DNA from: Eledone cirrhosa
Taxonomy: Eukaryota
Assembly: GCA_964016885.1 (NCBI GenBank)
Contig: OZ024740.1
Location: 308,884,001 to 308,948,000, forward strand
Length of the DNA: 64,000 nucleotides
Direction of reading: 5' to 3'
The notes under the pieces are model-generated. The model was given only the letters and a program-made list of their open reading frames with translations, was not told the origin of the DNA and did not search any database. The position numbers and the translations under genes are program-made. This document shows, piece by piece, positions 37,750-51,500 of the stretch (positions are counted from its first letter, which is position 1; each line of letters opens with the position of its first letter).

Positions 37750-39424
37750 CCTGCAACGCTGCGACGTCACCTAAAAATAAACGCAACCATGCCTCTCCTG
37801 GTCTTGATGGTGTTACGTACCTGCTTCTTAAACATGGTGGGTACTTCCTTCTGCACCAGCTATCACGCTTCTTCCAATTCTGTCTGAACAACGGGGCTAC
37901 TCCAGAACAGTGGAAAACTGCCAGTGTCATTCCTCTGTTCAAAAAGGGTGACCGCACATCACCTGTGAACTATCGTCCAGTCAGTCTTACTAGTTGCATT
38001 GCCAAACTGATGGAATCCTGTGTCAGAGAAACACTTTGGAACTTCTGGAACTCTCACAGTCTTATCCGGCCCTCACAATTTGGATTTATACCCCAACTCC
38101 AGCTGCTGTGATCAACTTATTGAGTTTCTTGAAGACATCACCTGGATCACTGATGGCGGCTCATGGGTGGATGTTGTTTACCTTGACTTTGCGAAAGCTT
38201 TCAATTCTGTGCCACACACACAAAAGGCTTATGGCAAAACTCTCTGCAATGGGTGTGAGGGATGATCTTTTTAACTGGTTGAAGTCCTTCATTCTCAGTC
38301 GAAGAGAGGTAGTCACGGTTCTGGGACAGCATTCCTCACCATATGAAATGTCATCTGGTGTACCACAGGGATCTGTTCTTGGCCCCCTTTTGTTTGTGGC
38401 ATATATTAATGACATAGATGCCAACTTAAAGAATGCCACAGTACTAAAGTATGCAGATGACATCAAGCTGTACCTTGAGATAAAAAGGACAGATCCTGAA
38501 CACTATAGATCTTGCTTGCAGTCTGACTTGGACGCAATGCAACAATGGATCTCAGACTGGCAACTGAAGCTAGCTGTGGACAAGTGCATCACCATACATT
38601 TTGGGAGTAAAAACCCAGCGTCCATATACTCCCTCCACAGCACTAATATCAAGAAGGCTTCTTGTGAACGTGACCTGGGCATTACGGTCAGCAGCGATTT
38701 GCGTTGGACGAAGCACATCTCTAAAATTGTCAAGAGGGCCGAGGGTGTCTTAGCATCACTCAGCAAGACCTTTGTCAGCTGCTCTCCAGCTATCTATTTA
38801 AGGCTGTACATGGCTATGGTGCGGCCACACTTAGAATTTGCATCACCAGTCTGGAACCCCTATCTTGCTCAGAACATTGACTGCCTGGAAACTGTTCAGA
38901 GACATGCAACCAAGCGAATACCCCCCATCAGGCATCTACAATACTCTGAGCGCCTTGCTTCCCTGGGTATGGATACATTGAAGCTCCGACGTCTGGCAAC
39001 TGACTTGGTAAACACCCACAAAATTGTTAACCATCTTGCCAACAACAGCCTTGAGTACCTTTTTGATTTCCATGTGTCTAATACACGTGGACATGCCCAC
39101 AAAGTCAGAAAACAGCACAGTTCCCATGACTTCGGAAACATTTTTTCACGCTCAGAGATGCTGACGCATGGAACAAACTACCTGCATTGGTTGTTAGCTG
39201 TCGAGACACTGCATCCTTTAAAGCCTCCATGCTTCCCGAGATTCGCCAACACTACACCTAATGTTCCCCCTCCATACACATACACACATGTATATCATGA
39301 CTCATACACTATTCACTTCCCTGACATTTGTATATTATTCTATGTACTATACATGCACCTTTGACGAGTTGTAGTGCACCTGAGCACTTTACACAATAAT
39401 TTCATTATTATTATTATTATTATT
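37750..39424 (+). mobile_element. CR1-clade LINE, 5'-truncated, RT nearly intact with a few frameshifts
   Basis: SPGLDG, NYRPVSLTS, YLDFAKAF, SGVPQGSVLGPLLF, KYADDIK, RDLGI, VRPHLEFASPVWNP, NTRGH; 3' stem-loop agtgc-acctga-gcact and (ATT)n tail. Confidence 0.92.
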
Positions 39425-41434
39425 TTATAAGAAGAAGAAGAGGAGGCAAATGTATATTATAAAAGAAGACCCATTTCTCTGTCTCTCTGTCCATCACAAT
39501 TATATGTATATATAATACATACATTTTTTTTTAGTTATTTGTGTCTGTGTGTGTATTTCTGTGTGTGTGTATTTCTATGTATGTATGTATTTCTGTGTGT
39601 GTGTGTATTTCTCTGTGTATGTGTGTATTCTTTTATAATATACATTATATGCCTCAATAAATGACGGTACGTTACCATTAAGTTTGTCTCCCCTAATACA
39701 ACTCAATGATTCTCATTTGAAATAGCTGTTACATGAATTTTTGAGGAGTTGGTTGAAAGAGAAAATGTGATAACATCTGTACAATGGCAATAAGGAATGA
39801 AAAAGAAAAACGAAATTAAGCAACAAAAGAGAGGTGTGACAGACTGTACACCCAGTCTGAACGGTATGTTTCAGCTGCACACAGCATACAAAATGGTGAA
39901 GGTATTGCTGCAAAGAATGGCCAGTGACTCAGACTACAACAGCCAACGTACCCCATGGGGTTCCTTCCTCAGACGGGCTACAGTCTTCTTTATTTTATGG
40001 AGGAAAACAGCAGTTCAGGGACAAAGAATACTTGAGGTCTCGATGGCAACCAGAGTGAAAAGGAAGTGGTTGGTCATGCCCCGGTATTTACCTATCTACC
40101 TCTCCTCTACATTACATGCTGAAGCAACAAGGCTGGTGGCAAAGAATGAGTCCAAACATGTGGCATCCCAGATTAGAGATTTACCTCCCTTGATTGGAAA
40201 CAGACTTATCCTGTCTGAGCACTTACCATCACCACAATTTTTAAACAAATACTTTTTCAAATGCATATTAGGCCAGTGCTTATCCTGGTGTCCTTAGAGT
40301 TAAGTAACTGAGAGTACATGACTCCCCCTGAATGCCAATCCATCGCATGGTTAAACCTTGAGCTACTGCTGGAACTCATTTTCAACTGAGTATATTGGAG
40401 CAATGTAAAATGAAGTGTTTTGCTCAAGAACATAACATACAATCTGGATAATGAATCGAACACATGAGATTATGATCATAAGTCCAACACCCTAGCCATG
40501 CGCCTTCACATCAAATGCAAAGAGTTAACAAAATATTTGAGGCTGAAATAGAAGAGCCAGCTAAGGTATTGAATGATCCACAATAGTTGATTGTGTTCAC
40601 AACATAGTTGTAAGGTTAAAAAGTTTGTAATCATTAGGTCTTGGGTTCAATCCCACTTTGTTGCATCTTGGGCATGAGTCATTTACTATAGCTTCAGGTT
40701 GATCCATACCTTGTGAAGGAAATTGGGTAGATGGAAAATGTTTTGAGGTCTGTCAGATAGATTGTTCCTATAATTTAAAGAGCCAACCTTGTCATACAGA
40801 ATCTTCCTGAGAATTACTTTCAGCGCTCCATGCCAGCAGAGCTGACTAGCAACATCATCAGAAAGGTTAGTAAATTCACTACTTTGAGAGTCTACATTCA
40901 CACAATCAACACCTTACTATTATACATGTACCTTCCATTGTTCTGGATTGGCAGTATCAGTAGAGGGTCGGACGCCATGCTTTGACGCATAGAGTTATGG
41001 CCTTTGCCATTCTGAGTTCAAATCCCGCTGAGGTTAACTTTGCCTTTCATCCTTACGGGGTCGATAAAATAAAGTACCAGTAATGCACTGGGTAATTGCT
41101 GGCCTTGTGCCAAACATAGAAACAATTATTACTGCACATGATTTTGAAGTAAAGCATGCAACCAATAAAAACATAAAAATTAGCAGCACCTTGTTCATTT
41201 GTGCACCTAAATTGGAGTGACACAGCGCCTCGCCACACAAATGCTGTTATGGAGCAGTTGTTGATGAGTTTGGTCTGTACCCATTATCTTACTGCAATAA
41301 TGCCGTTTGGATCTCTCGTCACAATACTCTCATGTCATGCTGCTCTGAACAACATCACACAGTCTGAGAATTGAACTCACAACCTCACAATTGCAAGCCC
41401 AACGCTCTAACCATTAACCCATGCTCCTTCACTC

Positions 41435-41470
<36 letters not shown>

Positions 41471-41849
41471 ATATGTATGTGTGTGTCTTGTTCTAGAGCA
41501 AGACACTCCATTTCACGCTACTCCAGCTCAGTCAGCTGTAGAAACAGGTTGTGACATCAATGACACCAAGCTGTATCAGCCTGGACAACATCTGTGATGT
41601 GGAGAAGGGAGACTGGCATGCATGGGCAACCACCGGCCTTCCACAAACAACCCTGCCCTGACGTGTGGCTCAGAGGGCAACTTTCTAGGTGCAAATCCCA
41701 TGGTCACTCGTGACTGAAGGGGGTTCCCACCCCCTATATATATATATACACACACATCATACAAAGGAAATATATTTTTAACTCTTAATTTCATTCTCTC
41801 TCTCACCCACTCTCTCTCTCAACCTCATTCTCTCTCGTTATCTCTTCAT

Positions 41850-42165
41850 CTATCAGATTGGGCTGAATCAGATCAGACTGGAGTGTATCAGTTTGGACAG
41901 ATCGATCCAACACAGTCCAATCTGACTCAGCCCAATATGGTCTGATATGACCCAACCCATTTGATCTAACCCGGACCATTTTGTTCCGGTTCAAGCTGAT
42001 CTGATTTGGCACAATCTGGTCTGAAGCAATAAAATCTGATCCAGTCTGGCCCAATCCAGTCTGGCCCAATTCAGTCTGGCCCAATCCGGTCTGATCCAAT
42101 CCAGTCTGATCTAATCCAGTCTGATCTGATCCAGACTGATCTGATCAGAATTGGACTGGATCAGG
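41850..42165. repeat. Degenerate 5-mer/15-mer tandem repeat (gatct; ccagtctggcccaat)
   Basis: Visible 5-nt periodicity; three 15-mers at about 42041-42085. Confidence 0.7.
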
Positions 42166-42320
42166 CCATTATATATACTGCCAGACAGTCCTATATGAGC
42201 AGGACAACCAATCTTGCCTCAAGTGTGACAATTCCCATCTAAACCCATGCTAGCGTGGAAGATAGACGTTAAACGATGATGAATGATGATATATATATAT
42301 ATATATATCGCAAAATGATG

Positions 42321-42353
<33 letters not shown>

Positions 42354-42354
42354 C

Positions 42355-44990
42355 ACCCCACCAAAAGGCAAGAACAAATTCTTCGATCAATTCTGCGAAC
42401 ACATTACTAATTACCCATACCACCACCTACACCGACATAAACAAAAACCAAACCTAAGCAAAAAAGAATAGAATGGTCTTAACAGTCTAAAAAACGACAA
42501 AACCTTAACAATCAAAGAGGCAAATAAAGGGAGTGCAGTAGTCCTTATGGATACAAATTATTACACAACTCTAGTACTCTCAACTCTAGAAAATCAAACA
42601 TATTATGAAAAGGCCCAACACTACACACAACAGAAAATAATGAGAAACCTAAAATCCCTAACAACCCTTTACAAAGAAAGCCTTACAGACAAGGAATACA
42701 ACTACATCACCAATTTCAAAAGCAGAACCAGCCTCTTCTACGGTATCCCAAAGACACACAAAAGCGAAGTAATAGGTAGGGCCTGCAAGTAAGCCAAGAC
42801 ATTTACATCAATATAGCCCTCCCTGATGACCTTAAATTAAGACCTATAATAGCAGGCACCACATGTGAAACCCACCGCCTAAGCAACTTCCTAGATATTC
42901 TGCTTAAACCTTTCCTAAAACATAAAAAGCTTCATAAGGGACGACCTTGACATGCTCAACCACCTCCCAACAACACTCAATAATGAACATACCCTACTAG
43001 TAACCTTTGATGTCATCAATTTATATTCCAATATCCCACACAACCTAGGTATAGAGGCAATACAATTCTGGCTTGAAAATTTCCCTAGTGAACTCCCACA
43101 GCGCATCCCTAAAGAATTTGTGTTGGAGGGACTCAAATTCATCTTGGAAAACAATTTCTTCAAATTCAATGCCAAATACTACAGACAGAAATCTGGGACT
43201 GCCATGGGCACGAAAGTGCCCCTCTCATACGCCAACCTTGTCATGGGATATTTGGAAACCACTCTCTACCGTAAAGTTCTAGACAAATACGGTAACCACT
43301 TCTACCAATACATAGGAAAGAACTGGAAGAGATATCTGGACGACTGCTTCATCCTCTGGCATGAAAGTATAGATAGACTGTTTGAGTTTAAAACCCTTCT
43401 GAATGGACTCAACACAAACTTACAATTCACAATGGATTACAGCCATGAACAACTCCCTTTCCTCGACATCCTCATCAAGAAAACAAGCAACAAAATAGAA
43501 ACAGACATATACTACAAACCCACAGACTCCAAACAATACCTTCCATTCAACTCGTGCCACCCTAGACACACCAAAATGGCAATTCCTTATAACCTAGCCA
43601 GAAGGATCTGCACAAGTTTCAGATAAATACACATGCTACACACGACTAGAAGAATTAAAAAACACACTTACCAGCAGAAACTACCCACCATCCCTAATCA
43701 ACAATAGATTCCAACGTGCCCTAAAACTAGACATCCAGGAACTTAGACACCCCAAACCCAGGAATGAACCGCAACAAAAAACCCTACCATCTCCACACAC
43801 AACCCCCTCAACAATGAGGCATTTGACACCATCCTCCAGAACATTCCTTTACTAAAAAGAGACCCAAGAATGAACAAAATCCTCCAAACACACAACATCA
43901 TAAAGAGCAAAAGACAACCTAAATCCATAAAAAACACCCTCACACAAGCCAAAATCCAACAAACCCTCACAATGAACCCTACAGTAACAAAATGCGGAAG
44001 GCCCAACTGTGGCATATGCATAAATCTAATAGAAGGTTCAACATTCCATTTTAAACAAGGACAGCATTTCACAGTTAAACACAACTTTACATGTGCATCT
44101 GAAAACCTAATCTATGTTTTGACATGCTCAGGTTGTCAAGAGCACTACATAGGACAGACAAAAAACAGCCTCTGTCAACGTATGACCGTCCATGAATCAC
44201 AAATTAAAATACAGGAATACAGAAAGATTGCATTTAGTGAACATATCGCCAATTGTGCTCACAACCAACATCCAAACTTTAAAATTTTCCCCATTTACAA
44301 ATTCATAGAAAACACTACTTTCATCCAACGTACCAATAAGGAAACATATTTCATTAACAAATTCCAACCTCTACTTAATGCTCTAAAAATCAGACCAAAC
44401 TAAAACTGCAACAAACAATCAAACATTTACGAAAGTTACCTCCCTCACACCGTACCTAATCCTTTTTCTTAAATAAATTAAATATCATCTAGCAAGAATT
44501 GCTTCCCCTGCATATTAACTCTCTAAAAAGGGAAATCATATCAAACCTCAGTCCACCATTTGTCTCCATCATGGAATCATGGATCAACTAAGCACTCTTG
44601 CTATATTAACACATTTTGATCTGCTTAACTTCAAGAACTATGCCTGTAAATAACATTATTTTTTCTTTCACATTGACTTTTTATGCTCTACATTACGGCC
44701 ATTTTTTTTCTTTTTTCTTTTCACTTCATAAACCTTGTTTGTAAATAACATTTCACTATTATTTGTGATAATGCATAAAAATGCTGAAACCGGTAATAGT
44801 TTAATTAAATATATAAATAGATAAATAAATGCCATTGTTAAATAATAAATAAATCAACTAATACCTTAACACTTCACATAAAGTAAAACATTTCATTTTA
44901 ATCATTTTCTAACCCAGAAAAAAGAGAGAGAGAAATAAAAAAGGAAAAAATATATTTTTCTTTCTAATAATCGTCTCTTTCTCCCTGTTT
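42355..44990 (+). mobile_element. Penelope-like element (RT plus GIY-YIG), disabled, with downstream pLTR-like region
   Basis: IKEANKGSAVV, FYGIPKTHK, FDVINLYSNI, GTAMGT, WKRYLDDCF, LPFLD, YYKPTDS, SCHP; NLIYVLTCSGCQEHYIGQT..QRMTVH; ORF ends 44403. Confidence 0.92.
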
Positions 44991-45125
44991 TCATATATAT
45001 ATATATATATATAAATATTTATTAAAATAACAGATTAAAGTTTAAGCAAAGAATCGCTGTTATTTTAATAAATATTTGCTCTAAAGTTCTTATATATTTG
45101 ATATATATTTATCCTTATCGAGCCC

Positions 45126-45243
45126 TAGGAAATAGTTTAACCCCGACGCCAGAGCTCAGGCCGTTTCAACGGCTATTTCTGGTAGTCCAGAAATAGCCGT
45201 CGAAACAGCTTGAGCTCTGCCATTGGGGTTAAACTTTTTCCTA
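45126..45243. repeat. 118-nt near-perfect inverted repeat
   Basis: 57-bp arms with 7 differences, loop TAGT. Confidence 0.85.
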
Positions 45244-45672
45244 TTACCCACTCTACTACCCTAAGTATTGAGTACTCTGGTGCGTTATGGTCCACCTGGT
45301 TCCTTACCACACCTCCTTCATTATATATATATATATATATCATCATCATCATCATCATCGTTTAACGTTCATCTTCCACACTAACATGGGTTTGGACGGG
45401 AATTTTCCCACTTGAGGCAAGATTGGTTGTCTTGCTCGCATAGGACTGTCTGGCGGGTTTTCTACGGCTGGATGCCCTTCCTAACACCAACCACGTTTAC
45501 AGTGTGGACTGGGAGGTTTTTACCGTGTTACCTACACGGCCACATTACAGTGTGGACTGTGTTATATATATATATGTGTGTGTGTATATATATATTTACC
45601 TACATATATATATGGAAGAGAGACGTAAAAAGATGGTGAAGATGATGATGATGATGATATACGTATATATAT

Positions 45673-45761
<89 letters not shown>

Positions 45762-46691
45762 TATATATATATTTATATATACATTTAAATTTGGTGGTTT
45801 ACCACTGGGTAGAATTGGTAATTCTACAATGTTAATCTTGACGTAATATGAGAAAAGCACTCAACGTTATGCAACTCATCCATCTTTGATGTTGAATCAT
45901 GTTGGTGGTGCGGGAACGGAGAAAATGTATTATAAAGTAACAGGAGGCCAAATAGGTTGAATTTCCTTAATTATTTATTTCTGCAAACACTATGCACATT
46001 TCAGTGGCCAGGTTGCGTAAGAACCTGGTGATATCTTCAGGTGTAAATTGCATAATAGATGTATCCCAACAGAATGATGGTTTTAATGAAAGAAAAAACA
46101 GAGAAGAAAAAAGTGTGTTTATGTTTTTTTACCTAGAGATGTTCAAAGCAGCATGTTGTTATTATGCCCTCAGAGATGACGGGGCATCCCTGAGGGCATT
46201 TTCACCTTGGAACTGGAGGTCCCTTCATCAGCAGGCTTTGTTCTGTATCATTGAATGTGGTTCAATCTGGAGACATTGAGGCATTCAACCGTTGTAGTAA
46301 ATTCGCCTGTATCATCATGTGACTTTTCTGAAAAGAGGAAGGTCTACTTGGCCAAACTGTTGTCGGGTAAATTCAGGGTGTGAAAAAAAGAGATTTTCAC
46401 AGCCTCAAATAAAATCTCTCAACTAGTATTTATAAACAAAAAAATAACTAATATGTTATCAATCAAATACATGAAACTAGGAGAATAATAATAATAATAG
46501 GTATAAATTGAAGTTGTAGCCGCAGTATAGCAGATACCAATTGAATTTATTGAGGCAGTTACAAAGCACTCAATGGTGCAAAAATTTAATATATTTTTGT
46601 CCAGAGTAAACAAAGTTAAAAAAAAGTGTGACACCAAGAAAAGCAACCAAATGCATGTGGCCATATTTATACCAAAACAACGATATATATA

Positions 46692-46749
<58 letters not shown>

Positions 46750-47543
46750 TAGTAACTGTAAAAATATATACATACAAAACTCAAATGTATGTAGAGAATT
46801 TACCATGATAGTATATAATTGCCAAGTAGTTTCAGAATTAGCTCAATGTGTTTATATATTGGTCTGAAGAAAAGGTAAATTTTTTTAGGGAGAAAAAGCT
46901 GGAAAGGCAGACATAAGCACAGAGCAAATATAATCAAATATATAGATGGAAAAATTAGCTTTTAAATCATTTTTTAATTCCTTGCACATGTTTCAAGAGA
47001 GTTGTACATTGAATTACTGGAAGGATGTTAAGTGTAATTCGTATAATCATACAGATACATTTACAATATCATTACATAAATCACCATCTTCAAAGAATTA
47101 AAAAAAATGTATTAGATTAAAGCAGAATATAACCAAAATTCAACTCCCGCCTTACACAGGATAGGGAACATCTCATGTCTACCCATTGACATAACGAATG
47201 ACTAAATATTTAGTCAATAGAGGGAGAGGAGGAGGAAGGAGAGAGGGAGAGAACGGGAGATGGAGAGAAGGAGATGGAGAGAAAGAGAGAGGATGAGGAA
47301 AGATAGGGAGGGGGGCAGAAGATAAAGATATGGAGGAGGACGATCAAAAGAAGATGAAGAGGGAGGTGTGGATGAGGAGTATAATGAAGGGGATGGCTGA
47401 GATACACCTCTGAACATTGCAGGTTAAACCAAACTGGTCAAATGAATGGGTTTGATGTTCAAACTTAAAGGGTAATCGTGGACAGGGAGGGATTCTAAAG
47501 AATTCCTGTTGTGATGGGAAAAGGATAACAGGAAATATTTAGT

Positions 47544-48545
47544 GAAGAGTTTAAGAGGGGAGAGGGATTGAGACAAGAGAGAGTGTGCAAGGTGCATTGA
47601 AGAGTTTAAGAGGGGAGAGGGATTAGGACAAGATAGAGTGTGCAAGGTGCATTGAAGAGTTTAAGAGGGGAGAGGGATTAGGACAAGAGAGAGTGTAGAA
47701 GGTGCATTGGAGAGTTTAAGAGGGGAGAGGGATTAGGACAAGAGAGAGTGTAGAAGGTGCAGTGAAGAGTTTAAGAAGGGAGAGGGATTAGGACAAGAGA
47801 GAGTGTAGAAGGTGCATTGAAGAGTTTAAGAGGGGAGAGGGATTAGGACAAGAGAGAGTGTAGAAGGTGCATTGAAGAGTTTAAGAGGGGAGAGGGATTA
47901 GGACAAGAGAGAGTGTAGAAGCTGCATTGAAGAGTTTGTAGCGGTTGTCTCCCTTGTTTTGATTGGGATCTAGACGGGAGGTGGAACCCTTTCTGCAACT
48001 TCCGGTCAGAGCCCTATAAAACTAACAACTTTAAGCTTCCTTGCTCTCTTTGCCTTTTCGGCACCAGGTCAAGAGCCTCTCATTGGGCTCCGCCATTAAT
48101 TTGGCCAACAGGCGCCTGGCCTTAGCCAGGCGTCCTCTGCCAGCCGCGTTTGCCTGGCAATCAAAACGGTAACTACTAACTTTGCTTCATTCTAACAACA
48201 TCCTCATCTTTGACATGTCAAGTATACTATCTACCATTGTTAATTAAATATTATACACCAAACCATGTCTCGTTTTGTTACATTCATACAACCCAGTATC
48301 CTCGCTATAAGTTTAAGAGGGGAGAGGGAATAGGACAAGAGAGAGCGAGCAAGGTGCATTGGAGAGTTTAAGAGGGAGAGGGATTAGGACAAGAGAGAGT
48401 GTAGAAGGTGCATTGAAGAGTTTAAGAGGGGAGAGGGATTAGGACAAGAGAGAGTGTAGAAGGTGCATTGGAGAGTTTAAGAGGGGAGAGGGATTGAGAC
48501 AAGAGAGAGTGTTAAAGTGTATTGAAGAGTTCAAGAGGGAGAGAG
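47544..48545. repeat. 55-bp purine-rich minisatellite (about 7 + 4 copies) split by a solo LTR
   Basis: ttaagagggg-type unit starts at 47551, 47606, 47661, 47716, 47771, 47826 and 47881; array resumes at 48313. Confidence 0.92.
47937..48309 (+). mobile_element. Solo LTR (373 bp), probably Ty3/Gypsy
   Basis: TGTAGCG...CGCTATA termini (one change from CGCTACA), 4-bp target duplication AGTT on both sides, TATAAAA near 48015. Confidence 0.82.
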
Positions 48546-51500
48546 TGATGGTGTTATGCTGCTTCCTTGTTCAGAGAAGCAGAAGCTGTTGTAGCAGTGG
48601 TAGATTGACAAGGGGGAGGAGAAACAATATATCTCTAAGCTAATAGTTGTAGCATGTTGGTAAGATAAGTAAATCTTTGCTATCAGTCACCTGGATCTAG
48701 GTGTGTGATGTGTGTGTGTAGGGGGGGGGGGTGATGATGTAGTTTTGGGTGTTTATGAGGGGAGTAGTAACATGTCTCAGATATGGTAGCAGTGGAACGT
48801 CAGTTGAAATATCTAGTCTTTTTTTTATCACTTAGTCTATATAGAGGGCAGTAATCATGACCCCTATCAGCGTCTCAGAGACTAGTAGGAAGAAAAGTGT
48901 CCTTGGCCCAGGTAGCGGTGTTGACCCTTTAGCATTTAAACTGGCCATATCTGGCCAGAACTTTCTCACGTCTTTCTGTTCAAACTGGTTGTAACCAGTT
49001 GCTCATACCAATGTTAAGGTATTGTTCTCAAATTGAATAATATCAAAATCTCATAGATTCGATATTATGTGAGGTAAAGCCTTTACCATGGAAATATAAT
49101 AGTAAATATAGAATAATGTAAATGCTAAAGGGTTAAGCTAGGCAAAGGATTAAGTCTATGACAGAAATATGCCACAGAAGGATTTGAATTCAGAATGTAG
49201 AGAAATGGAGGAACAAATATTACAAACATCCAATGGGTTTAAGAGGAATTCAAGGTAGTGTGCAGAAGAGAAGACTGCATTGGTTTGGACATATGATGTG
49301 TATGGACAATGATCGTTGGGTGAAGAAGTACCAAGAAATGCCAAGGAAGTCACTGTAGAAGTAGACCAAGAAAGACCTGGGCTGAAGTTGTGAGAGCAGA
49401 CCTCAAATTACTGAAACTCACAGAGGCAATGACAAACGATCGCGACATGTGGAGAGTTGCCGTGCTGAGAAGGATTCATCTGACCCATGCAAGCATGGAA
49501 AAGCAGATGTAAAAACGATGATGATGATGATGATGATCCCATCTGGTGCTTCAAGGCTGGTACTTTAGTTGTTGGTTTGAAAAGATGAGAGACCTAGTTG
49601 ATGTCAGTGAGATTTGAACTCAGAATGTAAAGAACTGGAGAAATAAATACGACAAGGGATTTTGTTTGACACTTTAATGCTTTAGCCAATTTGCTGTCTC
49701 TAAGCCAATTCACCTTCCATGTCCTTGACCCATAATAGCTTTTTATACTTGATTGCATGTCTTATCATTACATTAAAAAGAGGGACTTTACATTGATGAT
49801 TTATTTTCTCTCATGTGCTTAGTATTGAAGCTGGATTATTATAGATTATAAATATCGAAAAAAAGAGAAAGAAAGAAAGAAAAAATATCACCAGACACAT
49901 TCACATTAAATATTAAAAAATAATTTCAGTGAAGCTCCATAGACATTGCTTAAGGATAATTCTATAGTATGGAATGGAAAGGAAAAAAAAAATAATAATA
50001 ATAACAAATAAAAAAAAACTGGTTTGTCAAATAGTTAATTGTATCAGGAGCTATACTGCAAATTGGTTTTCTTTTAATTTATTTTCCCCAGTGTTCTATG
50101 AGACAATCAATCAATTAAATAACCAATAAACCATTCCAGTCATTCAGTCAGTCAATCAGTCAACGATTGTTTTGCCAGCGTTGAAAGATATTTTATCCCC
50201 CCCCCCATCTCTTTTTTGTTCTAAATTTTTTTGTTTAATTCAAGGAAGATTGTAAACAAAACTTGGTTATAAAACATTAGAAAATTTGAAATTTGAAATT
50301 TGAAAAAGTAGTCACCACATTGCAGATAACTATAAGTACAAGCACTGCAACACTAAAAGTAAACATGGTGAGAGACTGAAGGCTACAGTGTTTAACAACT
50401 GAATGGAGATGATATAGGGTTTGAAAGGACCCTTCAGTCAGACCGAGCATATAACAAACATTGTAGTGCAGGTGCCATGATAAAACACATTCAACACAGC
50501 TTATAGAGTGTTAGGGTAAAATGCACCCAGTTCACTCTGTAAAGTGGAAGTGGTGGTGCTATGAAAAAATACATTCAGCACAACTGAGGTTAGTGTCACA
50601 GTAAAATGCATCCAGTTCACTCTGTAAAGTGGAAGTGCTGGAGCCATGATAAATACACTCAGTGCAACTGTAAGGTTCTTGGCATTAGGGAAGTCATCCA
50701 GCTGAAGAAACCATGTTAAATAGGTAGGCAGTTTCTTTGACTCATCTAGTCTTAGACCAATACAATCTGTTCAACCCATGGAAAGCAATCATAAAATGAT
50801 GGTGATGATGATTCTGATGATAACTATAGAAAAAGTTGACAGAGACACTAGTGTCAGTCCACTTTTTTTCCATCTCTGGGGGTACTTTAGCTGATTTATT
50901 CAAGTATTATCTATAGTTATCAACTATTATTATAGTTATCTGCATTTTGAGGATATCAGTTTTGAAATTTCAAGGAAGAATATATTAAAGGCACTAGACA
51001 AAAACGTTTTGACAAACTAGATTATAGCAATCATCTGTTATTAATAGGAAATTGTTATTGATTTCTTAGCAGACAGAAAGGTTTCAAAACTTTTTAGGTG
51101 ATGTAATCTTTGTTGTTGTTTTGCCCTAGGTCAGCTTTAATCAAACAGATCAGTGATTATTTTAACATGCAGTTGGCCCCTACTTACGTGGTTCTAAATC
51201 TAATTCCATGCAGTCATTTTACATTTTGTGTCAAATACTACATATGCTTACATGATAAACGATGGTTAAAAAACTTAAAATGTTAAATGTTAAAAATAGC
51301 CATAAAATGTTAAGAATAGACATTATAAACGGTTGTTGGACTCAGAGAATATCAAACACTTGCCTCAAAGATTTGTGTTATTCTAAAATTTCCATAAAAT
51401 AAACTTTGAAGTGTACCTATGAACAAAGGAATTTCTATGTAACTAACCTGTTTTATTCTCAAGTATAGTGTATCTAGGACTGCAATATCTAATAAGTGCT

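Noticed and set aside
39797-40297. 166-aa ORF as a host gene
   Set aside because: No recognisable motif or splice structure, and it runs into SINE sequence; left unassigned.
41803-42099. GQTGL-repeat 98-aa ORF
   Set aside because: Arises from a 5/15-bp tandem repeat; no splice or homology support.
46195-46240. CTGATGA...GAAA on the minus strand (hammerhead candidate)
   Set aside because: Five extra nucleotides lie between stem II and GAAA, and no stem I or stem III pairing was found.
45500-46870. YIYIYI- and CVCV-type ORFs
   Set aside because: Translations of (TA)n and (CA)n microsatellites.
47544-48545. Regular repeats resembling a CRISPR array
   Set aside because: Units are contiguous with no unique spacers, there are no cas genes, and the context is eukaryotic.
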